Positions 1 to 8,444 of a DNA stretch of 50,871 nt are shown one piece after another. The notes under the pieces were generated by a model, which saw nothing but the letters and a program-made list of their open reading frames with translations, was not told the origin of the DNA and did no database searches. The stretch covers positions 1 to 50,871 of the forward strand of contig JAOZQU010000001.1 of NCBI GenBank assembly GCA_029932055.1, read 5' to 3'. How positions within the stretch are numbered: position 1 is the first letter of the stretch; each line of letters begins with the position of its first letter. The DNA comes from Desulfocapsa sp. (GTDB lineage Bacteria; Desulfobacterota; Desulfobulbia; Desulfobulbales; Desulfocapsaceae). Both the position numbers and the translations under genes were made by a program.

Positions 1-1817
1 AGATTGTCGAGATAAAGAGAGAACTGTTTGGTGTAAAGCTCTTTTTCGTATTCTTTATCAATCACCTCTTTGAACAGCTTTTTCAGATCCTGATATTTGG
101 GAATACGACCGATGGGGGTCCAGATTGTCTCCACCTTGCCTTGGTGCATCAAGGCCATAATTCGCATCCATACCTTGGTGTCGCGTTTTTCACCAATGAG
201 ACCATCAGACTCTCCGGGAGCGAGAATTCCACGACCACTTTTATGCAGCCAGTAGTTGACCTGGAAACCGGAAGGAAGGTTTTCCTGCTTAATATTAGGG
301 TTTTCACCAAAGGCTTTATAGTGGCTGATATACTGCGCTAGAGGTCCAGGGAAAAAAGCCTCATTGGCAAAGGGCGATCTTTTTTCACTCCCGTCGGCAC
401 CGATCTCAGTGGCTGTAGTGGCTGAGCGAATGATGGCGCCATGAACAACACTGTTCATCCAGTCATGGGCCATGACAATGGTGGGCATGGTTGTGTAATC
501 CCGGCCACCGTACAAAAGGCCACTGAGTTTTACTCCTTCCGGGGCCTCAGTAGCAGGGTCGTAAGTTTCCAGATTGTCGAGTGAGATGGTGAAACGGGCA
601 TTTTTATGTGAAGCCGGTCTGGCCGATTTAGCCGACCATTCTCCTTCAAAGTTACGCCCTTTTTCCGGCAGGGATTCTCCCATGCCGGTCCAGTATGGTT
701 TTTTGTCAGAGACAAGCAGGTTGGAAAAGATAACTTCATTGCCTTCGCCGGAGAGAACACTCATGGTCTCCGGATCATCTTCCGGGTTCACTCCTTCAAT
801 GATGCCGAACATTCCTTTTTCCGGGTTTACCGCACGTACTTCACCGCTCTCGGAATCAATGAAAATTTTGGCCAGATCATCTCCGATCAGATGCGTGCCG
901 GTCATGGCTGTACCGGTTTTTCCGCAACCGGAGGGGTAAGCGCCGCCAAAATAGACGATCTCGTCTTCCATTTCAAAGCCGGCAATAAACATGTGTTCAT
1001 CCAGCCGTTCACCAAAGTAATTGCGGATATTATTCATATTGGCGAAGCGGTGATTGATTTTTTTCGGAGCAATGGAGTTACCGGCATACTGGTTGTTGCT
1101 GCTGTAGGAACGAAAACGTTCCACATCCATGTAGATGCGTCTCTCCGCGAGATTAGCGGAGACATTTGTCTGGTCAAGTTTACCGGCACTATGAAAATTA
1201 ATGAACATATATCCTTTTTCAGCGGCATCTTTTGAAAACGCTTCAGGACTCATCATTCTGTAGAGGATAAACTCACTGTGAGTAACGTAGTAGGAATCCG
1301 TTACCTGCAGGGTTGGGTCGGAAACAGGACTGCCAATGGGGCCTCGGGAGATAAAAGAGACGATCATCTCTTTTGTTTTCATGATATCTGTTATGATATT
1401 ACGAGCTTCAACCACACCAGCCCGGTGTTCTTTCTTCTTTTGCAGGGAGCTGATTTCCGTATCTGCGTATGCAAGATATTTGGTGTTTGCTGTATCTCTG
1501 CCCTGATCACCCGGGCCGTCAAAGTGGCAGGTATGGTTTGTTTTTGTCAGTGCAAACTCTTCCTCACACTCCAGCGCTTTTTGGCGAATATATTCCATAT
1601 CTTTCGTTGAGCCGGTGTTGATAAAAATTGAAGCCGGACTCATACGGGTTGATCCATTATAGATTGGTTCTATCACCTCCGGGCTGCAGTCCATTAACTT
1701 CAGGCAATTTGCCTCATCCATCAAGCTGGTCAGATAGGTCTTCATCATGGCCAGACGCGATATGTTCATATTACCGCTATTACGATTGTGAACTGCTGCT
1801 GAGCTATTTTTTTTCAT
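1..1817 (-). CDS. pckG: Phosphoenolpyruvate carboxykinase (GTP), runs off the left edge
   Basis: Not in the ORF track (no stop in window). Manual minus-strand translation from ATG 1817 gives MKKNSSAAVH...YAGNSIAPKK...DEHMFI...GAYPSGCGKTGTAM...IGDDLA...VRAVNPEKGMFG, the GTP-PEPCK kinase and metal motifs. Start could be a later Met. Confidence 0.92.
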   Translation of the reverse strand, partial: MKKNSSAAVHNRNSGNMNISRLAMMKTYLTSLMDEANCLKLMDCSPEVIEPIYNGSTRMSPASIFINTGSTKDMEYIRQKALECEEEFALTKTNHTCHFDGPGDQGRDTANTKYLAYADTEISSLQKKKEHRAGVVEARNIITDIMKTKEMIVSFISRGPIGSPVSDPTLQVTDSYYVTHSEFILYRMMSPEAFSKDAAEKGYMFINFHSAGKLDQTNVSANLAERRIYMDVERFRSYSSNNQYAGNSIAPKKINHRFANMNNIRNYFGERLDEHMFIAGFEMEDEIVYFGGAYPSGCGKTGTAMTGTHLIGDDLAKIFIDSESGEVRAVNPEKGMFGIIEGVNPEDDPETMSVLSGEGNEVIFSNLLVSDKKPYWTGMGESLPEKGRNFEGEWSAKSARPASHKNARFTISLDNLETYDPATEAPEGVKLSGLLYGGRDYTTMPTIVMAHDWMNSVVHGAIIRSATTATEIGADGSEKRSPFANEAFFPGPLAQYISHYKAFGENPNIKQENLPSGFQVNYWLHKSGRGILAPGESDGLIGEKRDTKVWMRIMALMHQGKVETIWTPIGRIPKYQDLKKLFKEVIDKEYEKELYTKQFSLYLDN

Positions 1818-1917
1818 GGAAGATCCTGTGTTGTGTAGAGGGTCATTACGCTGGAGGTAAAATTGCTTTTAGCTTTGTTCTATGCTGACTTTACACAGAC
1901 TGTTGTTTATTTCAAAG

Positions 1918-3450
1918 TTATTTCCGACACCAGTAGATACGCACATGGGAAGGCTGACCAGCCACCTGAGGAAAATCCAAAGGCGGATTCAAGCGACTGA
2001 CATCAGAGAATATTTTTTTTAAGGTATCATAATAAAAAGATTCCGGTCCTGCCTGGTGATTATTGGAGAATAGAGCTATTCCGTTTTTGGCCAGGATTTT
2101 ACTCACATCATGGGCCAGACCCGACCACTCTTTCTCCACATGAAAACCTTTGCCCTTGCCGGCAGAGGCAAACACCGGGGGGTCACAGATAACCACATCA
2201 AAAGGGGTAAATCCTGCCGGATCTTTTTGCTTTTTACGGAGTTGTCTGGCCAGCCACTTGCGCACATCTTCTTTGATGAATTTTGCATTGCCAGCACTAG
2301 CCAATTGATTTATGGCAACATTCTTCTGGCCTTGCTTGAGACATCCTGCTGCCAGATCCACGGAAAAAACTACCTCTGCTCCAGCGGCCAGTGCATAGAT
2401 CGAAAATGAACAGGTAAAGGCAAACAGATTTACAACCCGTTTTTCCTTTACGATCCTTGCTATTCGGCTGCGGCAATCACGTTGATCAAGAAAAAGCCCC
2501 ACATGCTGACGATCATTAAGCCTTACACTAAAATGCAGCTCATGTTCGTAAGCGAGGAAAGACCGCGGAATTTTTTCTCCCCAGGTGGCAAGATCTGCAA
2601 AGAGTTTCCGTTTATGTGGATCACGCAAATTGGTTTTGACCACCCCGCCCCGGCAGCGACAGAGCGTAGAAAGAGCGTTAAGCACACTGGCAAGTCTATG
2701 CAGGAGCTGCTTTGCCGGCAGGGATTCATCAAAGCCTGTCACACAGAGCCATTCCCCATATTTGTCAACAGCTATGTCCTCTTTAGAATATTCTCCACGG
2801 TGAATCAATCGGCAGCAATCGCTGATGCTTGCCAGAAAAGGATATCGTTTTCCAGCGAGTGCAAGACTTGTCAACTCTCCTGTTAGTCCATCCAGACACA
2901 GTTCAAACCATGGTGGAGGATCAACTTGTAGTATCTGGTCGATTCCAGGCCAGTTAACCGCGCTGCAATGAAGACATAACCTGACAAATGGCGACCCTTT
3001 GTATTGCTCATCTCCAAGAAGCGGAATCCCGGAGGCTGCCGCATGACGTCTGATCTGGTGGGTTCTACCACGATGAATAACAGCCTTGTACAGATTGTAG
3101 ACAGCACCTTCCCGAACCTTACTGAAGTGGGTTTTGCAGGGCTTTCCGTCCAGGGGACGCGTACAGGTCCAGGATGTCTGAGAACTTTTCCGGGCAATGA
3201 AGAAGTAACTTTTTTTCGCATTTTCATCTTCATGAATAGTCTGTGCTTCAGCCACAGCTTCGGGATTGAGAGCAAATACCAGCACTCCACTTGTTCCTTT
3301 ATCAAGGCGTGAGCAGGTGTGAACCTGCAAGTCATGGTGCAGACTCAACCACTCCACCAGGCCAAGATCACCTTCATGGGCCCGGTGGGTGGAGATGCCG
3401 GAAGGCTTATTGACCACCAGCCAGTTTGTATCATGGTAGAGAAATGTCAT
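1918..3450 (-). CDS. RluA-family pseudouridine synthase fused to RlmI/RlmK-like class I SAM methyltransferase
   Basis: N-half: VVNKPSG, SRLDKGTSG (catalytic Asp), GRTHQIRRH, LLGD..Y. C-half: GLFLDQR, NLFAFTCSFS, DPPVF. Confidence 0.85.
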   Translation of the reverse strand: MTFLYHDTNWLVVNKPSGISTHRAHEGDLGLVEWLSLHHDLQVHTCSRLDKGTSGVLVFALNPEAVAEAQTIHEDENAKKSYFFIARKSSQTSWTCTRPLDGKPCKTHFSKVREGAVYNLYKAVIHRGRTHQIRRHAAASGIPLLGDEQYKGSPFVRLCLHCSAVNWPGIDQILQVDPPPWFELCLDGLTGELTSLALAGKRYPFLASISDCCRLIHRGEYSKEDIAVDKYGEWLCVTGFDESLPAKQLLHRLASVLNALSTLCRCRGGVVKTNLRDPHKRKLFADLATWGEKIPRSFLAYEHELHFSVRLNDRQHVGLFLDQRDCRSRIARIVKEKRVVNLFAFTCSFSIYALAAGAEVVFSVDLAAGCLKQGQKNVAINQLASAGNAKFIKEDVRKWLARQLRKKQKDPAGFTPFDVVICDPPVFASAGKGKGFHVEKEWSGLAHDVSKILAKNGIALFSNNHQAGPESFYYDTLKKIFSDVSRLNPPLDFPQVAGQPSHVRIYWCRK

Positions 3451-3865
3451 TATCAGGAGTGTTTCAAAGTTTTCGATTTGAGCAAAGTTTCAAAGATTAA
3501 TAATTCAAATATACTTTTTTGAGACGTATGTTTTTGCAAGAAGGGCTGTAAATATAGAAGATTGTATATGTTCCTGCGACAGATTTCACCAATTGTGCAA
3601 TTATACCCAGCCCTATGCAAAATTCAAGAGCAGGATTTTGCGAACCTGGAAGGAGGTCCCACGAGGAAGGCACTCAACTTATGGAAGAGGCCAGGGACAT
3701 AACAATGGTCTTTTTGGAATTCACTGCCGAAAAGTGGTTCCTGGTTGAAATGCACCACCATGTTTGATGGATATGCACCACTTTCTGTTTAGGTTCTTGA
3801 TTTATTTATAGCTGTACATTCCAGTAGTAAAGAATTGGCTGTGCTTAATGGCTTTTAAAAACCAA

Positions 3866-3881
3866 TGGCATAATATTTGCT
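3866..3881 (+). promoter_or_regulatory. Sigma54 -24/-12 promoter of the vWA operon
   Basis: TGGCATAATATTTGCT has exact GG-N10-GC spacing, about 90 bp upstream of ATG 3973. TGCACCAC repeats at 3751 and 3774 are possible activator sites. Confidence 0.7.
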
Positions 3882-3972
3882 TTTAACTAATAAAGCATCC
3901 AGTGTTGATGTCTTAAGGACTAGGGAAATCTACCGCTAATTCATTACTATGTGACTGTGAGGTAAAGAGACC

Positions 3973-6360
3973 ATGAACAACAAAGGAGCAAGACTTACCA
4001 TCAGCGGGATAGCATCTTTGCTCATCCTGCTTGCAGCTACGGCCGGTACCGCATGGGCTGAAAATCACGATTTAGTGATACAACCGGCTATTGATGTATC
4101 TTCGCTTAGTTCCGCAAATTGGAAATCTCCTGATATAAAAATCGGCGCGGATTTTGGTGATCCAGCGGTGCCGGATATCATCAGACGGGGCATCTCCAAT
4201 CCAATTTATTCACGCTTTTACATCAACGGTATTCAGGATTTTTCGGTTCCATCCGGTGGGGTGGAGCTGCGTTTGCACTATCGTGACGCTCTCCTTGGTG
4301 ATACGCCGCCCGCTCTAAGTGATCCGAGTTGGCAGGCAATTGGGACGTTGCCTGCCACATTTATTCCATCGGATGGACCCTTTGCTATTACAAGGACTTG
4401 GCCTGACGACTTTCCATCGGTGACGAACAAATCCGTGCCTTGGGTTGCACCATCTCTTGGAGAGTATTTTCATATTCGTTCGGAGGTAGCTTACCTCGGT
4501 GGCAGTGTGACTGACGAAAATCCTGATAATAATGTGGCGGTATCATTCTATGAGAGCCTCTCCGGCTTCATTGATGTGGTTCTGTTACACGATACCTCAG
4601 GGAGTATGGGGTACTACTTATTTGACGGCATGCCCTATATTGATCATGCAAAGGCGAGGGCGTCGGGATTCATCTCTGCGCTTAGTGACACCAGCAACCG
4701 GTTGGCGGTCGTTGAGTTCAGCAGCAATTTTACCAGCGGCAGCAATGATGTGTGGCCGACACCAGGTTCCTTGCAGCTGGCAACTATCGCGAACAAGAAT
4801 CTTGCTATCGCTGCAATAGGCGGTTTGACAGACGGGGGAGGGACGCCCTTGGGGGCAGGCCTGCAAAGGGCAATCGATCTTTTACTTGCACCGCCTTCGG
4901 TTCCAGATCCCATCGTGAGAAAAAAGGTCATCCTGCTTCTCAGTGACGGTTATGAAAATCAAGGTACATTGCGTGCATGCTCCGGTGCTGATCCTCTGGC
5001 GCCCTGCGTTGGTGAGAGCCTTCTTGCTCAATTACAGACCAACAATATCCGTGTATTTTCTCTTGCGCTGGGCACGGCTGCCTGGACCGAATGCCTGGAT
5101 TGCCTGGCCTCCGAGAGTGGTGGGCAGTGGTATACCACACCGGATCCCGGAATCAATATGGCCGAAGTCTATCTGCATATGCAACATGCATATTCCACCG
5201 ATGATCTATACAGCATTGATCGAGGTACGAGCGGAGGCGGAGATGATGCCTATGCGACGAACTTCGAAGGTGTGGATGATGTTTTGTATTTTATCCTCGC
5301 GTGGGATGATCTCGAAGCGCAATTGAACTTTCAGTTGCAAAGGCCGGGCGGTTCGTGGGCTGATCCGAGTGCGCTCTCCAATGCAACGGTATTCAGTGGT
5401 AATGGCTACCTTGTCGTCCGCATCGCAAAAACGTTGGTTGGTAATTGGGGATACCGGGTAACGGGCGACGATGGCGAGCGTTATCTTGCCGCGGTTCGCT
5501 CGGATCGTGTGGGAGTACGCCTGGCAGTGGATGCAATTTCCAGGGGATTTGTTGGCGACGCCATTGATATCAAGGCTCGACTCAGCAGGTATGGGAAGCC
5601 GATCGTAGATGCCAAACTGAACGCCACCGTGCAGGTGCCGGCACAGGTTTCGCTGGATTCCAGGTTGAGACAATTGTCGCGCGACTATATGTTGAAAAAT
5701 CATGCCATACCGCTCGATCCAAGTGATTTGAAGCAGAATCCCGACATTTGGCAACGAGCCTCGTTTATTAAGAAGATCACAGGCGGCAAACCGGAGAGCC
5801 TGGTGCAGACACGTCCTGTTTCTGTTGCATTGAATCACGTTGGCGATGGCGTGTACTCGGGTAGCCTGGCAAACGATACGAAAATCTCGGGCGCTTATAA
5901 AGTCACCGTAAACTACAGTGATCAGGGGACCAATCGTACACAATCACAACCGGTCTGGTTAAAACAGGGAGTGATTGATCAGGCCAGGTCACGCGCTGAA
6001 ATCGTGGAGATTAAAGCAAATGATGATACGACGCAGTGGTTGTTGCGCGTTTACCCCGTAGACCGTTTCGACAACGCAATTACCGATACTTCCTTACTGC
6101 AGCAGGTGGAGGTAAGTATTAACGGAGGCCATGTGGACAAGGCACCGGAGGTAGTGTTCGATAGCGCATTTCAACAACCGGTAATTGCTGCATCCGGTAG
6201 CGTACCGCGGCTGCAAAGTGTCTCCATAGGTGGGGAACAATTGCAGATCATTGCGGATAGCGTCCCGGATGAAGACGGTGGCTACGGGTTGATCATTATA
6301 GCTCTATTGATCCTGATTGCACTGGCTCTAGCCTGGTTCTTGTGGCGCCGTCGGACATAG
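3973..6360 (+). CDS. Secreted, C-terminally anchored vWA-domain protein
   Basis: Signal peptide (AWA-E), WKSPDI N-domain, MIDAS DTSGS...GGTP...LSDG, beta-rich C-domains, C-terminal GGYG + hydrophobic helix + RRRT. Confidence 0.85.
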   Translation: MNNKGARLTISGIASLLILLAATAGTAWAENHDLVIQPAIDVSSLSSANWKSPDIKIGADFGDPAVPDIIRRGISNPIYSRFYINGIQDFSVPSGGVELRLHYRDALLGDTPPALSDPSWQAIGTLPATFIPSDGPFAITRTWPDDFPSVTNKSVPWVAPSLGEYFHIRSEVAYLGGSVTDENPDNNVAVSFYESLSGFIDVVLLHDTSGSMGYYLFDGMPYIDHAKARASGFISALSDTSNRLAVVEFSSNFTSGSNDVWPTPGSLQLATIANKNLAIAAIGGLTDGGGTPLGAGLQRAIDLLLAPPSVPDPIVRKKVILLLSDGYENQGTLRACSGADPLAPCVGESLLAQLQTNNIRVFSLALGTAAWTECLDCLASESGGQWYTTPDPGINMAEVYLHMQHAYSTDDLYSIDRGTSGGGDDAYATNFEGVDDVLYFILAWDDLEAQLNFQLQRPGGSWADPSALSNATVFSGNGYLVVRIAKTLVGNWGYRVTGDDGERYLAAVRSDRVGVRLAVDAISRGFVGDAIDIKARLSRYGKPIVDAKLNATVQVPAQVSLDSRLRQLSRDYMLKNHAIPLDPSDLKQNPDIWQRASFIKKITGGKPESLVQTRPVSVALNHVGDGVYSGSLANDTKISGAYKVTVNYSDQGTNRTQSQPVWLKQGVIDQARSRAEIVEIKANDDTTQWLLRVYPVDRFDNAITDTSLLQQVEVSINGGHVDKAPEVVFDSAFQQPVIAASGSVPRLQSVSIGGEQLQIIADSVPDEDGGYGLIIIALLILIALALAWFLWRRRT

Positions 6361-6409
6361 GCGTGATAGAGGCTGTCCTTATTATGAATAATCTAGAGGA
6401 GCGACGAAA

Positions 6410-8086
6410 ATGACATATGCTCAAAGAATACGTTATGCAAAAAATTACCAGATTCTTCTCCTGTTGCCATTTTTCATATTTTTGCTGTGGTCGCCAACCA
6501 CAACCTTCGCTGCAGACTACTTTGTCTGGGGCCGTGTGTATAGCGCGACACCGTTGACAACTGGCGAAGAGCCACCAAATCACGAGCTTAGCGGGGTGCC
6601 GGCCGAACAGATCGTCGGTGAGGGGCTGATCCCACAAGTGACGCGCAATTTGCTAAAGATTAAAGTCCTCGCTGCAAGTGACGGCAGCGAGCTGGGGAGC
6701 TACGTCACCCGACATGACGGTGGATACCTGGTCTCGTTTACAGCAACGCCAAGCTCGGGCAGTGACATCGCCATACGCTTTGTCATCGAGGAACTGGCCA
6801 CCAGTAAGACTTTGCTCGAAAGCGATGAATTGGCACTTTCATCCTGGCCCACGCCCAACATACGCTTTTTGCTCATTGAAGAGGATCTCAGTGAAATCAG
6901 CGGCGGTGGTGCAGTTACAACAATGGCAGCTCCAGGTCAATACACCGGCATTTTTACGAGGGTGGGTAAGATTGAACTGGAGACCGATAGCGTGAGACTG
7001 ATCAACATCGCTACGGGAAGGGCCACCGTTCCTGATCCGATTTCTGGTCAGCTGCACATACCCGCCTACAAAGACTCGCCATTTGGCGGTAATCTTTATT
7101 TGTTCGGCGCATTCAGCCAATATTTCTATGGCCCAACAAGCCCGCCGGATAATCCAACGATTTATTATAAGATTCGCATCGATGATCTTGGCACCAGCAC
7201 CACGGGGTACATGGACGATACCCTGGTTAAGACAAAATATACAGTCAATTTCGGAGCCGGCACTGTGGATACGCAACGCGTCACGTTGGGACCAAATGAT
7301 GGCGGTGGCCTTCCAGGCTGTATCGAAGCAGGGGTGCCGGTCTGTTATGAGCTCACTCCGATGTCGGCAGGCGCCAACGTCTTCTGGAGTTTTCCCGACC
7401 TGGTTGCCCTCTGGCGCACCGGTGGACTCAATGGCGACTATAGGCTCCACTTGGAGCAGGTGGGTTTGAACAATTCGGGCATGTTCCAGCCATTTACCGA
7501 TTTCACCAATCTCAAGCTGAACCTGGACAACGTTGCACCAGTGGCTCTCATCAATCCTCTGCAAACAGGTGATCCTGATACGCCAAGGGTCTATACACCG
7601 AACCCTGCAAATCCCACCATTGGGGGCGACCTCATGACTATGACTTCTCCCCTGGGATCTTTCCCGGGTGACTATGGTGGCTCAGCCGATCCAACCTGCG
7701 CTATATTGAGTCTTGAGGAACCATCATTGGGGCATCACTATTTGGCTTTCAAACTGACCGCCTCTCATGATAATGGTTTTTTACGTTATTGGGATTTTTT
7801 ATACAAACGCAATGACACAGGCTACCAACGACACATTGGAAAGATATTTGATGGCAGCACCATGGTAGATTATGGAACCGTGCAGGTCGCGAGTGCTGAG
7901 ACCGGTCAAGGTGGTTTCCAAGACAGGTATCTCTATCTAAACAGCGAATATCTCCAGCCTGGTGGTGGTACGGATCTTGGAAGTTGTGGATATAGGTTCC
8001 TGATAAGGGCAACGACCCGTACGACCGACGGTTATCACTATTTGCGGTATCGTTCGGATGAGGACATACATTACATTGTGCGCTAA
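6410..8086 (+). CDS. Secreted hypothetical protein (beta-rich)
   Basis: 558 aa ORF with RBS GAGGAG and signal peptide (TFA-A). No catalytic motif recognised. Confidence 0.75.
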   Translation: MTYAQRIRYAKNYQILLLLPFFIFLLWSPTTTFAADYFVWGRVYSATPLTTGEEPPNHELSGVPAEQIVGEGLIPQVTRNLLKIKVLAASDGSELGSYVTRHDGGYLVSFTATPSSGSDIAIRFVIEELATSKTLLESDELALSSWPTPNIRFLLIEEDLSEISGGGAVTTMAAPGQYTGIFTRVGKIELETDSVRLINIATGRATVPDPISGQLHIPAYKDSPFGGNLYLFGAFSQYFYGPTSPPDNPTIYYKIRIDDLGTSTTGYMDDTLVKTKYTVNFGAGTVDTQRVTLGPNDGGGLPGCIEAGVPVCYELTPMSAGANVFWSFPDLVALWRTGGLNGDYRLHLEQVGLNNSGMFQPFTDFTNLKLNLDNVAPVALINPLQTGDPDTPRVYTPNPANPTIGGDLMTMTSPLGSFPGDYGGSADPTCAILSLEEPSLGHHYLAFKLTASHDNGFLRYWDFLYKRNDTGYQRHIGKIFDGSTMVDYGTVQVASAETGQGGFQDRYLYLNSEYLQPGGGTDLGSCGYRFLIRATTRTTDGYHYLRYRSDEDIHYIVR

Positions 8087-8184
8087 TCGTTTAGCGTGAA
8101 AAGGATTTCAGGGGAGAGCTATGATGATTTATCTTTGTAATTACTCAGAGCGCGTGAACAGGTTTTAGCAAAGATCCAGGAATT

Positions 8185-8442
8185 ATGTATCTCATTAAGC
8201 TACAGCTGTCTCAGCGCAACAACACTTTTGAGTATGTTCGTCGGATTCCCGGCCTGGATACGCTTACCATAGACGAAGACTATGGAATTGTGTCAATCAG
8301 TCCAAAGCGCGGACTTTATGTAATCCGTGTGCTGGATGATATAGATATTAACAGGATCCGCGCTCTTCCTGAGGTAAGAGGAGTGTACGGAGAGGTGCGC
8401 ATTGCCCCTATAAGTAAGGGGAATAACAATTTGGAGGATTGA
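8185..8442 (+). CDS. Small protein resembling the propeptide of the downstream subtilase (putative inhibitor/chaperone)
   Basis: RBS AGGA. GL..D.Y..V...P...YVIR...GVYGEVRIAPI parallels GL..D.F..V...P...YLLR...GVYSDPRISAI in the protease N-terminus. Confidence 0.7.
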   Translation: MYLIKLQLSQRNNTFEYVRRIPGLDTLTIDEDYGIVSISPKRGLYVIRVLDDIDINRIRALPEVRGVYGEVRIAPISKGNNNLED

Positions 8443-8444
8443 AC

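Noticed and set aside
141-1888. Short plus-strand and off-frame ORFs in the track
   Set aside because: They are shadows of the minus-strand PEP carboxykinase. The same applies to the many short ORFs overlapping well-supported genes across the window.
3540-3770. Possible gene remnant at the island's left edge
   Set aside because: The plus-strand frames I translated gave no recognisable motif.
3973-6360. CLCA-like look of the vWA C-terminal region as a link to the CLC genes
   Set aside because: The resemblance is generic, CLCA proteins are not CLC subunits, and the genes are 10 kb apart in different contexts.
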